From the IMG/VR virus record IMGVR_UViG_3300009873_000001: a stretch of DNA of 64,000 nucleotides; one strand, given 5' to 3'. The position numbers were made by a program, and so were the translations under genes. Below the pieces are notes generated by a model. The model was not told where the DNA came from. It saw only the letters and a program-made list of their open reading frames with translations, and made no database searches. This document shows positions 52,942-62,494 of this stretch, in pieces; the stretch's first letter is position 1; every line of letters begins with the position of its first letter. The stretch is from a virus. Its lineage: Duplodnaviria; Caudoviricetes.

Positions 52942-53973
52942 ATGGGTCGTGAGATCAAGCGCGTTCCCCTGGATTTCGACTGGCCGCTCAACAAGACCTG
53001 GGGCGGGTTCCTGAATCCGCACCGCACGCGCCGGCACAAGTGCGCGACCTGCGACGGCAGCGGCCAGAACCCGGAGACCAAGCAGCTCAGCGACAGCTGG
53101 TACAGCCACAAGTGCGCGGAGAACAACGTCGAGCTCGAAGTGGATTCTGCGCTCAAGGCCAGGCTGATCGCGCGGGCCAAGCAACACTTCCTCGACCGCG
53201 GGGACGGAGAGCAACTCGCCGATCTCTACGCCCAGCTCGCCTTCGAGGGCTGGCAGCGCGAGAACGGCAAGCACTGGGATCCGCACTGCGGCTGGGGTCA
53301 CCACCTCGTGCAGAGCGAGGTCGACGCGCTTGTGCGCGAGGGCCGGCTCATGGACTTCACGCACCGGATCATTCGCAGCAAGGGCGGCTGGACGCCACGC
53401 ACCAAGCGCATGGCCAAGATCCGCCACTGGTGGAAGCTCAGGCGGAAGTATGAGCAGCTCGCTGCCCAGGCCAAGACACCGGCCAAGCGCGTGAAGCTCG
53501 CCAGGAAGGCCGCCGAGTACCGGCGCCTCGAAAAGACGGCGCCGATACCGCACATTCCAGTCGAGCTGGTCAACGAGTGGTCGAAGCGCGGCTTCGGACA
53601 CGACGCGATCAACCACATGATCTGCGTGCGGGCCCGCGCCAAGCGCCTCGGCGTCTACGGTCGCTGTGCGGAATGCGGCGGCTCTGGCGACTACTGGGAG
53701 AGCGAGGAGGCGCGGCTCGCGTACGAGGCCTGGGAAGAGACGCCACCGCCCGAGGGCGAGGGCTGGCAGGTGTGGGAGACGGTGAGCGAGGGCTCTCCGG
53801 TCACCCCGGTGTTCGCGACTCCTGAGGAGCTGATCGAGCACCTGGTCGAAGACGGAATCTCACGCAAGGCCGCAGAGAAGTTCGTGCTCGAGGCCGGGTG
53901 GGTGCCTTCGGCTATGTCGTGCGACGGGAAGGTCGTGACGGGGATCGAGGTAGCGGCGGGGTTCAAGGAGTAA
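52942..53973 (+). CDS. phage protein with split DnaJ-type zinc finger
   Basis: MGREIKRVP; CATCDGSG and CAECGGSG; GWQVWETVSEGSP. Confidence 0.8.
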   Translation: MGREIKRVPLDFDWPLNKTWGGFLNPHRTRRHKCATCDGSGQNPETKQLSDSWYSHKCAENNVELEVDSALKARLIARAKQHFLDRGDGEQLADLYAQLAFEGWQRENGKHWDPHCGWGHHLVQSEVDALVREGRLMDFTHRIIRSKGGWTPRTKRMAKIRHWWKLRRKYEQLAAQAKTPAKRVKLARKAAEYRRLEKTAPIPHIPVELVNEWSKRGFGHDAINHMICVRARAKRLGVYGRCAECGGSGDYWESEEARLAYEAWEETPPPEGEGWQVWETVSEGSPVTPVFATPEELIEHLVEDGISRKAAEKFVLEAGWVPSAMSCDGKVVTGIEVAAGFKE

Positions 53974-55029
53974 CTATGCCAGCCGCGCCCCTCTCCACTC
54001 TCGATTCCGTCCGCTCCGGCGGAATCTTCAAGTACGTGCGCCTCGGCAGCGAGTTCCGCTTCCTCGCGATCGAAGCGCTGCCCAACCACTCCGACGCCGT
54101 CGACGAGGGCGAGTTGCCTACGTCAGCGGGCACTGTTCGCGTGAACGGTCAGTTGCGCACTGTAGAAATGGCGTCCTACGGGTCCATGACCTTAGGGATC
54201 AGTTACAGCGACTCCACTGACCTGCCAGAGATCGACAAGCTGCTGTGGGGTGAGCGGCCTGACGTCGTGCATGGGTGGAACGGCAAGACAGAATCCTGGT
54301 TCTGTGGAGCTGGAGGCCGCCCGCCTACGAACACGGCTGCGTCAGTGTCCGTGGCGGGCCAGCTCCTGGGCAAGCTCGCGTTGGGTGAACGCCAGCGCTG
54401 GTGCGAACAGTGCCTGACGCTGCGCGACTACGAAATGGCAAGGGATTCGTGAAACCCTGCAAGAATCCGCGCTGTTGTGCTGGCAGTCCGCACACCTGCG
54501 TCATGCGCTCCTGTCGCCAGTGCGGCGTCTTGCACGGCTTTGGTTGCGCCTATTGCGGGACATGCGCGGCGCAGCTCAAGCGCTGTGAGCACTGCGGCGA
54601 GAAACTCAAGCAGCGGCACAAGAAGGAAGGGCAGCCGCGTGCTCAGGCCTGAGGAGATCGCACGCCTGCAGCAGATCAAGCGGCTGGTCGAAGAAATCCT
54701 CAGGGAGCCGCCAGGCGAGCTTCGGCACTCATTCGCCGAGAAGGTCTTGAGGGAACTCGACGTTCTTTGCCGAAATCACAACGTCACACTGTTCTGAAAG
54801 AAGGGTGCATGAAGGGCAAGGGCTTTGAGGTTCAGGTCAAGGACAGCAAGGGCGAGGTGGTGATCGACCGCCCGGTCAACACCCGCATGGACGGCACCGG
54901 CTGGTGCAAGAACTACGTGGAAAGCATGGGGCCCGGCCAGGAGGCCACGTTCTACGTGGACGGGAAGCCGGTCGAGACGCACTACCGCCAGCGGTAGCGG
55001 CGACAGCGCTAGCAGCTAGCAACACACCC

Positions 55030-55257
55030 GGACGGATCGTTTAACCGGCCGCAAGGCCGGAAAGGTAAGACGCGCTCGAACAATTTCTCACGGCGGACCT
55101 GGCTCTTCCCTTGGCATGTGAGGTAGAGCGTCTTGGGCGTCAGCTCCCCGAGTGACGGCAGCTAATCGAATGGATCGGCTCTTCGGAGACGACGGTCAAG
55201 CAAGCAGTAGAGCCGGGAGCTAAGGAGCGCATGCGGGTTCGACTCCCGCTCTGTCCT
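55030..55257 (+). ncRNA. tRNA-shaped RNA with large insertions
   Basis: Acceptor GGACGGA/TCTGTCC; D stem GTTT/AGAC; CGCTC/GAGCG stem; T arm GCGGG-TTCGACT-CCCGC. Confidence 0.7.
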
Positions 55258-55272
55258 CTCTCTACAGGAGTT

Positions 55273-55301
55273 TTGATTATGTCGGACATGCTTGGTATAA
55301 G
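55273..55301 (+). promoter_or_regulatory. promoter for a probably leaderless gene at 55308
   Basis: TTGATT-N17-TATAAG with TG extension; ATG 6 nt after the -10. Confidence 0.5.
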
Positions 55302-55669
55302 CTAGCCATGAAGCGCCCCGAGCAAGGACAGACCTGGCGTCCCAAGAGCCGGGCCGACGAATGGGTCGTCGCTGACACCAGGCCGGGCGTGGTCGTGCTG
55401 TCCAAGAACGACTCGACCAAGGAACTCGACGTCCATGAGTTTCTAGCCGGGTGGACCTTCGTCAGCGCCAAGAAGCGCCAGCAAAGGAAGGAATACCCGC
55501 GCTGCAAGAACTGCGGCCAGGAGACGCACTTCCGCGGCCTGTGCGCGCAGCGCCAAGCCCTGGGCTGGTGCGAAGAGTGCTACGACCAGCGCGAGCGATC
55601 TTCGCACTTGGACCACAAGGGGAATCGGATCTGGAAGGGCGACAAGAAGCCGCGTGAAGGCGGCTCGGC

Positions 55670-56455
55670 GTGAGCGCCAAAAAGAAGAATATCGTTTGGG
55701 ACACGGTCGTTCCGCTCGAGCGGCGCCCTGCCAGGACTGCGCTCGCTGAGATCCGCCGCGCGCTGAAGCCGTGGCTGGCTGAAACCTGGAAGAGACTCAA
55801 TCAGGTCTACCAGCGCGACTCGCAGTACTCGCCTTCCATGGCCAGGATCAGCACCAGCCAGGCCGGGCTCGAGTCCTACCGCGCTTGGTGCGAGGCTCGC
55901 CAGCTCGATCCGCTGAAGCCCCAGCACGCTACGGTCTACTTCGGCGTGGGCGGCGTCTGTGTCGATACCAGCGGCCCGGCACACGGCAGCCCATACCAGG
56001 CCAGGCAACTCCTGGGCTGCGACGGCTCGGCCAAGAGGAGTGAGGTGTCGCTCGGCCGCGACCACGGACTAGCGCTCGACGAGCTGAGCGAGTCGCACTT
56101 CTTCCGCGCGCGGCTTTACAGCGAAGAGCGGCGTAGCCGCTGGGAGGGGCGGCTCAAGCTCAGGTTCTGGTTGCCGACATTCGAGCTCCACCCGCCGGAG
56201 GCCGTCATCACGAAGCACAACGGCCTCGTGTGGGCTGACGCCGAAGCCGTCAGCTCCACCGAGATCAGGCTGCGCGCCAGGAACGTCTGGGTGCCACTCC
56301 GCAAGCTGATCGTGGCCGCGGTCCGCGTCTCGTCGCAAGAGCTACGCTTCGAGCGCGACCTCGATCAGAAGCTCGTGATCGAGTCCCCCTTCAAGGCGCC
56401 GCCGATCAGGAAAAGTGCGAAGAAGCGCCTGAAATGGCGGTCGCGTCGATGGTAA
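55670..56455 (+). CDS. hypothetical protein
   Basis: GTGA overlap; 261 aa. Confidence 0.7.
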   Translation: MSAKKKNIVWDTVVPLERRPARTALAEIRRALKPWLAETWKRLNQVYQRDSQYSPSMARISTSQAGLESYRAWCEARQLDPLKPQHATVYFGVGGVCVDTSGPAHGSPYQARQLLGCDGSAKRSEVSLGRDHGLALDELSESHFFRARLYSEERRSRWEGRLKLRFWLPTFELHPPEAVITKHNGLVWADAEAVSSTEIRLRARNVWVPLRKLIVAAVRVSSQELRFERDLDQKLVIESPFKAPPIRKSAKKRLKWRSRRW

Positions 56456-56460
56456 TTCAG

Positions 56461-56533
56461 GGGTCCGTAGTTCAACAGGCAGAACCTTCGGCTTTTAACC
56501 GAAACTGTGGGCGTTCGAGTCGCCTCGGACCCA
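56461..56533 (+). tRNA. tRNA-Lys(UUU)
   Basis: Acceptor GGGTCCG/CGGACCC; anticodon arm TTCGG-CTTTTAA-CCGAA; T-loop TTCGAGT. Confidence 0.92.
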
Positions 56534-57042
56534 ACTACATCCGTGCGTGCAATATGGGCAAGCTGTGAAGAAAAGGGCAGCCAAATACCCCAACGTCAAC
56601 GTCCGCTGCGCCAAGCACGGCCCACCCAAGCCTGGCTACGCCGTCTGTGTTCACGTCGCGTGCGGCGCCAAGATCGGAATCGTCATTCCGCCCACGCCCA
56701 AGGGCCTGGGGCAGATCCTCTGCAGTGACGGCGCCCACAAATCAGTCGACGACGCCAAGCTCGTGTGTGCCGGCTGCGCGCGCGACAAAGGGTGGATCGA
56801 ATGACCAACGACGAAGCCGACAAGATCGTCGAGAAGTTCGACCAGGTCTACCTGGTCACGAAGCTCTGCGCACACATGGCAATCGTCTCTGATCACTCCA
56901 GGAAGGCGCTCGGCGAGCTGGAGTGCATGGAGCAGACGCCGCTGATCGAAGCGCTGACCAAGACGCTGCGCGGGATCGTGCAAGACTCCTACCGCCTGCA
57001 CGAAGAAGCCGTGGAACTCAGCGCGTCTCTCAAGGAAGCCCT

Positions 57043-57672
57043 GTGATCTGCCTGCGCTGCATGGTCCCTGGCGCGGTGTTCCTGGGGCCACCGTGCAACT
57101 GCCGACAGCCGATGCAGCCATTCAACGCGCCTCTAGCGCCTCAGCCAGCGCAGTCAGGCTCTCCTCGCACTCTCGACGAGTCGCGCGCGAACCTCGAGCG
57201 GCACTTGGACCAGGGGATCAACTGCCCCTGCTGCGGCCAGTACGCCAAACGCTACCGAAGGAAGCTCAACAGCGGAATCGCCGTGTGGCTGATCTTGCTG
57301 GTCAGGCTGCACCGCGAGTCTTGGCACAACACGAGCCACCCCGGCTGGGTCCACGTCTCACAGATCATTCGTGCCGGTTCGCTGCTGGGCGCCTCGTCGG
57401 CCGGCGGATCCGGCCAGGCGCAGAGCCTCCTGCCGCTGTGGGGCCTAGCTGAGACCAACCCGAACCCAGGCCGCGACAAGCGGGCTTCCGGCCTGTGGCG
57501 TCCCACGCCCAACGGGATCGCGTTCGTCGAAGGGCAGATCAGCGTGCCTGAGCGGGTCGTGGTCTACAACAACACGCTCGAACGGCTCGAGGGCGACCAG
57601 CTCACGATCCGCCAAGCACTCGGCAAGAAGTTCAGTTACACCGAGCTCATGGCGATCAGGGCAGCCGTATGA
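57043..57672 (+). CDS. phage hypothetical protein (CPCC motif)
   Basis: CPCCGQYAKRYRRKLNSG...GLWRPT. Confidence 0.75.
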   Translation: MICLRCMVPGAVFLGPPCNCRQPMQPFNAPLAPQPAQSGSPRTLDESRANLERHLDQGINCPCCGQYAKRYRRKLNSGIAVWLILLVRLHRESWHNTSHPGWVHVSQIIRAGSLLGASSAGGSGQAQSLLPLWGLAETNPNPGRDKRASGLWRPTPNGIAFVEGQISVPERVVVYNNTLERLEGDQLTIRQALGKKFSYTELMAIRAAV

Positions 57673-58213
57673 CGAAGAAGCCGCTCACGATCCACCTCAC
57701 GCGAGAAGAGAACACCAGACGCGCTCCGTGCGGCGAGCTGTGCGTGGCAAGCGGATCACTGTGGCTGGTCAAGGGCAAGCGCGCCTTTCTCTACTTCGTG
57801 TGGGATGACGGAGAGGGTTCTCGGCGCACCGACCTCTCGCTGCCTGTCGACGACCTCGACAAGCTCCAAGGCGGCGGGCACCCGTTCATTGTGTGTGACG
57901 CTTGCCAAAAGGCACTGGCGTGAGTGGCGCGCTTCGAATGCCTCCACTGCGAACACGAATGGCGCGGCGATCCCGGGCCGCAGAAGAATCCTTGCCGCGC
58001 CCAGACTGGCTCATGCGCGTGGGGGCTCTGCAAGAAAGACAAGCCGCATCCGGACTGCCCCTGGGGCAACTGCCCCAAATGCGGCGGGCTCTATGCGGAC
58101 TGGCTCAACTACGACGAGCACACCTCGAAGATCTGCGACGACAGCGAAGTGCCGCCGCGCGGGTCGGCAGCCCGTAAGAAGCGCCAAGAGATCTGGAAGC
58201 AGAAGAAAGGGCC

Positions 58214-58567
58214 TTGGAGGCGGTAGTGAATCAGCCGGTCAGCACGAACGACGAGACGCTGCGCGGGCCATTCCTGTGTCAGGGCACCAGGAGGCGCCGC
58301 GAAGCCGGCCTCGATTGCCATGCGGCCTGCTTTCCGGCAGTCGGCGTGTTGTGCGAGGACTTCTCCTTCCGTCCACTCCCTCTCGGCGACGGGTGGTTCT
58401 TCGAGATCGACCGCCGCGGCGATTCGAGCTACCCGCTTCGCCCGCTCGGCTACATGGACGTGAAGATGTGGTGTCCTGAATGCGCCCCTAAAGAACTCGA
58501 GCAACGAGCGGCCGGCGGCGACTTGAAAGCACGCGCGCAGCTCAAACACCGGCAGGAAACACAGTGA
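58214..58567 (+). CDS. hypothetical protein with C-terminal module-A-like segment
   Basis: Ends KELEQRAAGGDLKARAQL; start uncertain. Confidence 0.6.
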   Translation: MEAVVNQPVSTNDETLRGPFLCQGTRRRREAGLDCHAACFPAVGVLCEDFSFRPLPLGDGWFFEIDRRGDSSYPLRPLGYMDVKMWCPECAPKELEQRAAGGDLKARAQLKHRQETQ

Positions 58568-58824
58568 GCGACGAGCGGTTGAGGCGCGCTGAGCAAGCAG
58601 CCCGCGAAGGCGGGCCAGAAGAGAGCGCGGCCTATCTGCGCGAACTCATACGAGCTGGGCGAATCGACCCAGCAGCTGTGAAGATAGCCGCATTCTGCGG
58701 TCTCACGTCGGCTTCCATGGCGATCGAATGGCAGCCAGCACACGAACCTGGGGTGTGTGCCTGCCCTTTTGCTTCCTCCCAGACGGCGGGAATTTTCGTG
58801 CTTGGCTACGCAAGAACGTCATGA
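58564..58824 (+). CDS. module A protein (nearly module only)
   Basis: MSDERLRRAEQAAREGGPEESAAYLRELIRAG...AAFCG. Confidence 0.75.
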   Translation: MSDERLRRAEQAAREGGPEESAAYLRELIRAGRIDPAAVKIAAFCGLTSASMAIEWQPAHEPGVCACPFASSQTAGIFVLGYARTS

Positions 58825-58846
58825 ACTTCGTGCTCGGAGACTACGC

Positions 58847-59236
58847 GTGGATCGCCGCCTGAGAGAACTCGAACGCCTGGCAGAGACGGGTGACGCCGCG
58901 GCGAAAGAGCGACTCAAGCTCAAGCGCGACCGCGCCGGCCGGCCGGTCTTCACGCGCGACACCATGCCCGCCGGCTTGCGTTGCAGGGTGAAAGAAAACC
59001 TCTGCGCTCCGCACGGCTATGGCGCGGGCAGCTGGCCACCGCGATTCGTTCAGGCCGGGTCGCTCGTCGCGATCATAGGTCCGCGCAACACCGAGCGGCA
59101 CGGAAAACACAAGCGCCAGCAGTGGTACGACGTGGAGGTCTTCGGCAAGGCCGGCAACGTGATCGGTCGCACGTACCTTCCCAGCAACTGGCTCGAACCG
59201 GAGATCCCGTGGACGACGAACTCCAACGCGCCTTGA
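58847..59236 (+). CDS. module A protein with SH3-like region
   Basis: GGAGA RBS; MDRRLRELERLAETGDAAAKERL. Confidence 0.75.
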   Translation: MDRRLRELERLAETGDAAAKERLKLKRDRAGRPVFTRDTMPAGLRCRVKENLCAPHGYGAGSWPPRFVQAGSLVAIIGPRNTERHGKHKRQQWYDVEVFGKAGNVIGRTYLPSNWLEPEIPWTTNSNAP

Positions 59237-59406
59237 GGGTCCTGCGGCAGGGCGGACTGAGCATGCTCGCGTCGCTCGATCTCTTGCGGCTCCAGAAAGC
59301 GAAGGTGGAAGCTGCGAGGGGATCTGAGTGGCGGCTTCGAGCCGCTCGAGGTCGCGCTGGAATACCAGGCCAGAAGACCGCCCGCACGCGTGAGCTCGCG
59401 CTATGA
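59209..59406 (+). CDS. short module B protein
   Basis: GGAG RBS; MDDELQRALRVLRQGG. Confidence 0.6.
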   Translation: MDDELQRALRVLRQGGLSMLASLDLLRLQKAKVEAARGSEWRLRAARGRAGIPGQKTARTRELAL

Positions 59407-59770
59407 ATTCGAGGCCGAAAGAGCTACAGACGTTCCGCAACGAGGCCGCGGCGGCTCTGGCTGGGCTGCAATCGTCCGACCAGCCGTCGAACACCCCAGA
59501 GGGGCATGAAACCTCCATTCAACACGACCGGTTGCTAAAGCTCGTCAAGGATCTTGAGCGCGTGCTACCGCGTCAGGATTCTCGCTACCGCTTGCGCGTC
59601 GAGTGCATGGGCTGCCCTGAGCGCTGCGAGCACTCGCGCCGAAAGGCGGTCGTCCACTGGAATCACGCCCACGGCTTGTGGCTGTGTGTGTGTTGCAACA
59701 ACAACGGCCACTGGTCTGTCGACGACTTTGACGAACAGGCTGACGTCGACCAAAAAGGAGAGCCTTCACC

Positions 59771-60307
59771 ATGGTGAATGACAATCCGACGCAGGTCCCT
59801 GAATCGCCAGCTACAGAGCACACCGACGAGCTGCTGAACGAGTACGTGCGCTGGATGACGGACCATATCGACCAGAAAGGCATGCAGCCCTTCGGTTGGT
59901 CGCGCTGCAAGAACGACAACAAACGCGAAGTGTTCTTTCTCGCCGTTGGCCCAGAAGACTCGGCCCGGCTCTTCTGGCAGACGGTCGGCATGACGCCGCC
60001 CGACAAGCAACGCCAGGAGGTGCTCTGGGGCTGGGACATGACCACACTTCCCGGCCAAGGGACTGAGTTCGCCGACGCCTACGTGTTCGTGCATTGGGCG
60101 CGGGTCTTCGGCAAGAAGCTCGCATGCCCGGAGGCCTTCAGGATCGGCGTGATCAACTACCAGCACGAGCCACGAATCGTGCGGCCGGTCGACTGGAGCA
60201 ACCAGCACTGGACGCAATGGGTGCGCGGTTTCTTGGGCCAGCACCACCCGCCGTTCCTGATGCACTTCACGGACAAGGAAGAGGCCGCAGCACGAGGGAC
60301 TGAATGA
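59771..60307 (+). CDS. phage hypothetical protein
   Basis: WGWDMTTLPGQGTEF...IGVINYQ. Confidence 0.7.
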   Translation: MVNDNPTQVPESPATEHTDELLNEYVRWMTDHIDQKGMQPFGWSRCKNDNKREVFFLAVGPEDSARLFWQTVGMTPPDKQRQEVLWGWDMTTLPGQGTEFADAYVFVHWARVFGKKLACPEAFRIGVINYQHEPRIVRPVDWSNQHWTQWVRGFLGQHHPPFLMHFTDKEEAAARGTE

Positions 60308-60710
60308 CCAAAGCCGTTTTCGAAGAACTCGTGAGCCGCTTCACGCCGTTCAAGCGCTACAAAGCCCGCACCCCTGACAGGTGCTGCTTGCTGAAATGCA
60401 CCCGCAGAATCGAGCGCGGCGACTTCGCCTTCAAGCCCACCAAGAACACGGGCGGATACACAAAAGAGGCGCGAATCTGCGACCCTTGCGGCCAGGTCCT
60501 AGCCATGGTGCAAGTATGACGCTCGAAGAGATCGAGGCCAAGGCGCGTCGCGGCGAGCCGGTCACGCCCGAAGAGGCGCTCTGGCTGATCTCCAAGCTCA
60601 AGAGCACCGAGGCCCGCGTGCAGGCCGAGGCCGAGCGAGCCGAAGAGTACCGCATGGCCGAGGTCTATAGTTTTTGCGCCGAAGCGGCGCGCAGGAAGCG
60701 AGGGAGCTGA

Positions 60711-61001
60711 ATGACAGATCACACCGTCGACCGCAAGAGGTTTCCCCACGAGCACAGCGACTGCTACGTGTCGGATCTCATGATCTGCGAGTCTGCCGCC
60801 GGCTACTACCTGGGCCGCATGTGCCAGGACAAGGAAGACGGCTTCGTGGAGCCGTACTCGCGCGAGAGCGACTACTTCGCTTCAAAGACAGAAGCGCGCG
60901 CGGCGCTGGCTGCTGGCTTCGAGGTCCGCGACTGTGTCGAAAATCAGCACGGCTATGCGACAGGCGCACTGCCCCCACCGCACCAGCCCGAGGACAACTG
61001 A
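60711..61001 (+). CDS. phage hypothetical protein
   Basis: SAAGYYLG...PYSRES.YF. Confidence 0.75.
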   Translation: MTDHTVDRKRFPHEHSDCYVSDLMICESAAGYYLGRMCQDKEDGFVEPYSRESDYFASKTEARAALAAGFEVRDCVENQHGYATGALPPPHQPEDN

Positions 61002-61002
61002 C

Positions 61003-61515
61003 GTGAAGATCGTGAGCGGCGGCCAGACCGGCGCCGACCGCGGCGCGCTAATCGCAGCCAAGCGGCTCGGCGTGTCTTACGGAGGGTGGATACCGCGCGG
61101 TCGCAGGGCCGAGGACGGGGTCATTCCGTTCGAGTTCGACCAACTTCAGGAGCACCCCAGCTCTGACTACCCGCCGCGCACCTACGCCAACGTGCGCGAC
61201 AGCGACGGCACGCTCCTGATCGCCCGACTTCCGCTTCGAGGCGGGTCTGACCTGACCCTGAGCTACGTGCGCGAACTCGACAAGCCGGTGTTCAGGCTCG
61301 ACGCCCAGACCGTCCTCGACACAGACGAGCACGCCTTTTTGGTATCGTCCCTGATCGAATGGACGACCGAGCAAGGAATCAAGACCCTGAACGTGGCCGG
61401 CTCCAGGGAGAGCAGCGTCAAGGGGCTGCAGGGCGCCGTGGCCGGCCTGATCATGAGGTTCCTGCGTGAGCGATCAGCGCCAACGCCAGCTCGAGCGCCA
61501 GGCGCGCCTCGGTGA
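61003..61515 (+). CDS. SLOG-superfamily cpYpsA ('putative molybdenum carrier') protein
   Basis: IVSGGQTGADRGAL...RTYANVRDSDGTL...LNVAGSRES. Confidence 0.88.
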   Translation: MKIVSGGQTGADRGALIAAKRLGVSYGGWIPRGRRAEDGVIPFEFDQLQEHPSSDYPPRTYANVRDSDGTLLIARLPLRGGSDLTLSYVRELDKPVFRLDAQTVLDTDEHAFLVSSLIEWTTEQGIKTLNVAGSRESSVKGLQGAVAGLIMRFLRERSAPTPARAPGAPR

Positions 61516-61867
61516 CAAGCAGGCCGCGCGGGCCGCGGAGCGCGGGCAAGAGCGCGTCAGCGGCCCTGGCGTGAAGCTCAAAGCTCTAGCTGAGCTGATC
61601 TACGCCAGCACGGGGCCGGCGGCAGGCGAAGAAACGCCTTGGGGATACCTGCAATCCGCCCACGCCAGGCTCACAGCTTGGTGCGAGGGCGGCCCGCACA
61701 AGAAGCAGCTACGCTGGGCGGCTGACGACCTCAAGAAGGCCGAGACCTCCATTTCCTACTACAGCCACGACTGGCCCTCTTCGTGGGGCGCGCACCAGCG
61801 CGCTTCGGCGGCGTTCTGGGAAGTCCTGCGCGGCTTGCAAGACATACTAGCGGAGTGCCGTACATGA
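61466..61867 (+). CDS. module A protein
   Basis: MSDQRQRQLERQARLGDKQAA. Confidence 0.75.
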   Translation: MSDQRQRQLERQARLGDKQAARAAERGQERVSGPGVKLKALAELIYASTGPAAGEETPWGYLQSAHARLTAWCEGGPHKKQLRWAADDLKKAETSISYYSHDWPSSWGAHQRASAAFWEVLRGLQDILAECRT

Positions 61868-62065
61868 GCGGCGAGCTCACGTCCGAGGCCTGTGCTGCTA
61901 GAGGTCACGATTTTGTTCGCTATTTCGACGCCAACGACGATATTGGCCTTCGTTGCGGCTGGTGCGACTTCTGGGTCAACGCTGACGAGACGGGCTTGTG
62001 GAACGAGGAGACTGGCAAGCGTCACTCGGAGTCCGAAGAAGCCGAAGTGGAGCCAGAGGCAGGCA

Positions 62066-62494
62066 ATGACCACCACCGATCTTGACAACAACCCGGAGGA
62101 GGCCGAGGGCGAGCTGGAAGAGACCGAGGAGGAGCTGCACTCCTTCAAGGCGCTCATACCGAAGCAGCTCTACCACGACATACTCGAGAACTCGGCCAAG
62201 AACGGGATCGACCACCAGGACCTCTTCGCGCACCTGATCTCGGAAGGCTGGCGCGCTCGCTGCGAAGGATTCAGCCGCCCAATCCGAAAGATCCAGCACG
62301 GCGTGAAGGTGCGCTTCGTCCTCGAGCGCCCGACCGGCACCATGTCCGACCTGGCCAGCGTGGTCATGCCCGAGGTGCCAGTGGCCGGCGAGAGCGTCTC
62401 GCTCCACGACAAGAACTACACCGTGAGCCGGCGCGCCTGGTGGTTCTCGAAAGATCTGAAGCCCGAAGCGATCGTCTGCGTAAAAGAGTACTAG
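62066..62494 (+). CDS. hypothetical protein
   Basis: MTTTDLD...; in gene run. Confidence 0.65.
   Translation: MTTTDLDNNPEEAEGELEETEEELHSFKALIPKQLYHDILENSAKNGIDHQDLFAHLISEGWRARCEGFSRPIRKIQHGVKVRFVLERPTGTMSDLASVVMPEVPVAGESVSLHDKNYTVSRRAWWFSKDLKPEAIVCVKEY

Noticed and set aside
55078-55224. Group I intron or second tmRNA
   Set aside because: Short for a group I intron, with no P7 partner and no U at the expected 5' splice site; no G3.U pair or convincing tag frame.
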